A stretch of 64,000 nt of DNA from a virus, in IMG/VR virus record IMGVR_UViG_3300037805_000525, positions 1 through 64,000 of that record; one strand, given 5' to 3'. Numbering within the stretch: position 1 is the stretch's first letter; each line of letters opens with the position of its first letter. The position numbers and the translations under genes are program-made. The notes under the pieces were generated by a model that worked only from the letters and a program-made list of their open reading frames with translations, was not told the origin of the DNA and ran no database searches. Positions 63,760 to 64,000 of this stretch are shown here, piece by piece.

Positions 63760-64000
63760 TCAGTAGCGCGGCACGAGCTGCGCGATGGTTGTTAGCGGTA
63801 CGGGCGTGATTGGCACGCCGTCGCGCATCTTGAGGTTGAACAAGTACACGCCGGACTGGTGCAGGAGAACCATTTCGGGCGAAAGTTTGTCTACAAGACG
63901 TACACGGTGCGCACCTGTTGGCGACCTCACAACTGTAGATGTTTCGTTTCCGGGCGTGCCAGAGACGAGCTGCGATTCGTCGGTCACGGGCGCCTCCAAG
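63760..64000 (-). CDS. 3' end of a late-region gene (partial)
   Basis: Open frame entering from the right edge. Confidence 0.5.
   Translation of the reverse strand, partial: LEAPVTDESQLVSGTPGNETSTVVRSPTGAHRVRLVDKLSPEMVLLHQSGVYLFNLKMRDGVPITPVPLTTIAQLVPRY

Noticed and set aside
186-63795. Numerous overlapping antisense and alternate-frame ORFs in the track (e.g. 14076..15044, 27661..28386, 33424..34461, 40748..41536)
   Set aside because: These are shadow ORFs expected in GC-rich DNA; they overlap better-supported genes that have an RBS and coupled junctions.
1-64000. tRNA, rRNA, IS elements, introns or inteins
   Set aside because: None recognised by eye; tRNAscan-SE and Infernal would be needed to exclude them.

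Overview
This is a GC-rich (roughly 60-65% by eye) segment of a large, probably jumbo-class, contractile-tailed bacteriophage. Minus-strand blocks encode late/virion functions: a giant baseplate-J-like protein, a gp25-like wedge protein, baseplate hub and tube-like proteins, Ig-fold structural proteins, a transglutaminase-like protein, basic Gly/Ala/Arg-rich probable internal head proteins, a GroES-domain fusion and a sigma-70-family sigma factor. About 15 plus-strand cassettes of small, mostly hypothetical early-type genes are interleaved, including DHFR, a Nudix hydrolase, a five-HTH protein and several paralogous families. The non-coding DNA shows three recurring signals. (1) A 17-bp palindrome WTATCAC-N3-GTGATAW occurs 16 times at a mean spacing of about 3.6 kb, twice inside a structural gene. 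Its asymmetric centre points one way in all ten copies up to 36 kb and the opposite way in all six copies from 42 kb on. (2) A plus-strand promoter-like motif SCAAA-N15-GGYATAAG-N5-TAG heads every plus-strand cassette (15 copies). (3) Terminator hairpins end in a conserved TTYTTAS tail. No rRNA, tRNA, CRISPR array or transposase was recognised. All calls are by eye; no database searches were run.
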